64,000 bases of DNA from Burkholderiales bacterium (GTDB lineage: Bacteria; Pseudomonadota; Gammaproteobacteria; Burkholderiales; Burkholderiaceae_C), in the NCBI GenBank assembly GCA_031411875.1, contig JANOBX010000043.1, positions 12,513-76,512 of the forward strand, in the 5' to 3' direction. The notes beneath the pieces are model-generated. The model was not told where the DNA came from. It did no database searches and saw only the letters and a list, made by a program, of their open reading frames with translations. The translations under genes were made by a program, and so were the position numbers. Of the stretch, positions 62,921-64,000 are shown piece after piece (the first letter of the stretch is position 1; every line of letters begins with the position of its first letter).

Positions 62921-64000
62921 GCCGAGGATCGCTTGTGATGCGCCATCAAGGTGTAGGCCAGGCCACAGGCCATGCCGAGGTTGGCCCACAGCACCACCAG
63001 ATAAGGGCCGCGCACCAGCAAGGGGTTGATCGAGAAGGTGATGAGCGCGGTGATGTGGAAGAAGCGCATCCAGACGAAGTACGGGTGCAGCACGCCATCT
63101 CCACGGGCCAGGGCCACGGCCTTGTTCAAGACGAGGAAGATCTTCGCATAGCCCCAGATGAATAGGCTCAGTCCGATGAGGCCACCGTGTTTCAGGATGT
63201 CGAGCACGTCGCTGTGTGTCGGGATGTTCATCACGCGGAAGTTCTCCACGTATTCCTCACCAGAGCCTTCGAGGTAGGCATGGCCCCAGATGGGGCTCTT
63301 CAGGAACTGGTACCAGGCGGCTTCGTATTGGCGAAGGCGCACTTCGGGGTTGCCGCTGGGCAGGACGCTGCGGAATTCGAAGTAGAGCAGCACGGCAGTG
63401 GCCGCGAACAGCAGCACGCCGACCACGGCAGTGACCGCATAGGCGCCGCGCCACTCGTGCTTCAGGCGCTGCCAGCCGGCCAGCACGGTAATGTGGCTCA
63501 CCGCCAGCAGCGCGATGATGTAGCCCGTGAGCTTCTGGTTCAGCACCGCCGCGGCAATCAGCAAGGCCAGTGCCAGGCATTTCATGGCGGTGGACCGGAC
63601 CCAATAGAACATGAGCAGGAAGCCGCCGATGACGATGTATTCGATCTCGTGCAGGGCAGCGACGCCGCCACGCAGAACCTCTCCGCCCAGTGCTGCCAGG
63701 GAGAAGGCGAGGGACACGGCCATCAGTACCACGGCCCAGCTGCGGCTTCTCTCGAACTCATTGGGCGTCGACGCAAAGTAGAAGGGCAGCAGCAGGAGAT
63801 ACACCCCCAGCGACAGGTAGGTGTCGTCGATTCCGAACTCCCAGCGCGCCAAGGCCGACCCCCCCAGCGCAAACAGCGCCAGCGCCACCAGCGGCCAGGT
63901 GGCGCTGACGGTGGACGCCAGGTCGCGTGCGTCTCGATTCAGCAGACGCCCAGTCAGGTGCAGGACCAGCAACGGCCCCAGCAGGAGCAGCGGGAAGTGA
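62917..64000 (-). CDS. O-antigen ligase/polymerase (Wzy-like), 5' end outside the window
   Basis: Many TM helices; R..Q..AAW..F..SPIWG.....THSD.L..L..GG.IG. Confidence 0.8.
   Translation of the reverse strand, partial: HFPLLLLGPLLVLHLTGRLLNRDARDLASTVSATWPLVALALFALGGSALARWEFGIDDTYLSLGVYLLLLPFYFASTPNEFERSRSWAVVLMAVSLAFSLAALGGEVLRGGVAALHEIEYIVIGGFLLMFYWVRSTAMKCLALALLIAAAVLNQKLTGYIIALLAVSHITVLAGWQRLKHEWRGAYAVTAVVGVLLFAATAVLLYFEFRSVLPSGNPEVRLRQYEAAWYQFLKSPIWGHAYLEGSGEEYVENFRVMNIPTHSDVLDILKHGGLIGLSLFIWGYAKIFLVLNKAVALARGDGVLHPYFVWMRFFHITALITFSINPLLVRGPYLVVLWANLGMACGLAYTLMAHHKRSSA

Overview
High-GC bacterial chromosomal window; gene content and protein sequences suggest a Burkholderiales betaproteobacterium (Rubrivivax/Aquincola-like; inference). 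No rRNA, tRNA, CRISPR array, integrase or transposase was recognised. In order: (1) a DUF4331 gene plus small lipoprotein, divergent from a PEP-CTERM gene, with back-to-back ECF-type promoters; (2) phoH-like/ybeY; (3) a membrane histidine kinase/NarL regulator pair convergent on a GT41 (OGT/SPINDLY-like) glycosyltransferase-type I secretion operon; (4) two exported hypotheticals and a TRAP transporter; (5) a cyanate operon (cynABD-like ABC transporter, cynS, DUF1348) with a divergent GAF-sigma54 activator, then a two-gene A/T-richer insert, then a sigma54-driven rhodanese / 1-Cys OsmC / acyl-CoA-dehydrogenase-like / rubredoxin-reductase-fusion operon; (6) fasciclin, spondin-PEP-CTERM and a two-component system; (7) a PAS kinase/NarL pair and YciI-ECF42; (8) a broken EndoU polymorphic toxin with an intact immunity gene behind ppk2; (9) a TPR/BTAD-like activator with unknown neighbours; (10) ligase-associated exonuclease, Usp and ATP-dependent ligase; (11) a cold-shock gene; (12) an exopolysaccharide locus (ugd, gmd, fcl, glycosyltransferases, methyltransferase, GH5, Wzy-like) with two paralogous ~1060-aa CBM/beta-helix lipoproteins. 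The best candidate for an undescribed system is block 5, a hypothetical thiocyanate/cyanide-to-cyanate assimilation pathway. All family assignments come from motif recognition by eye, not from database searches.
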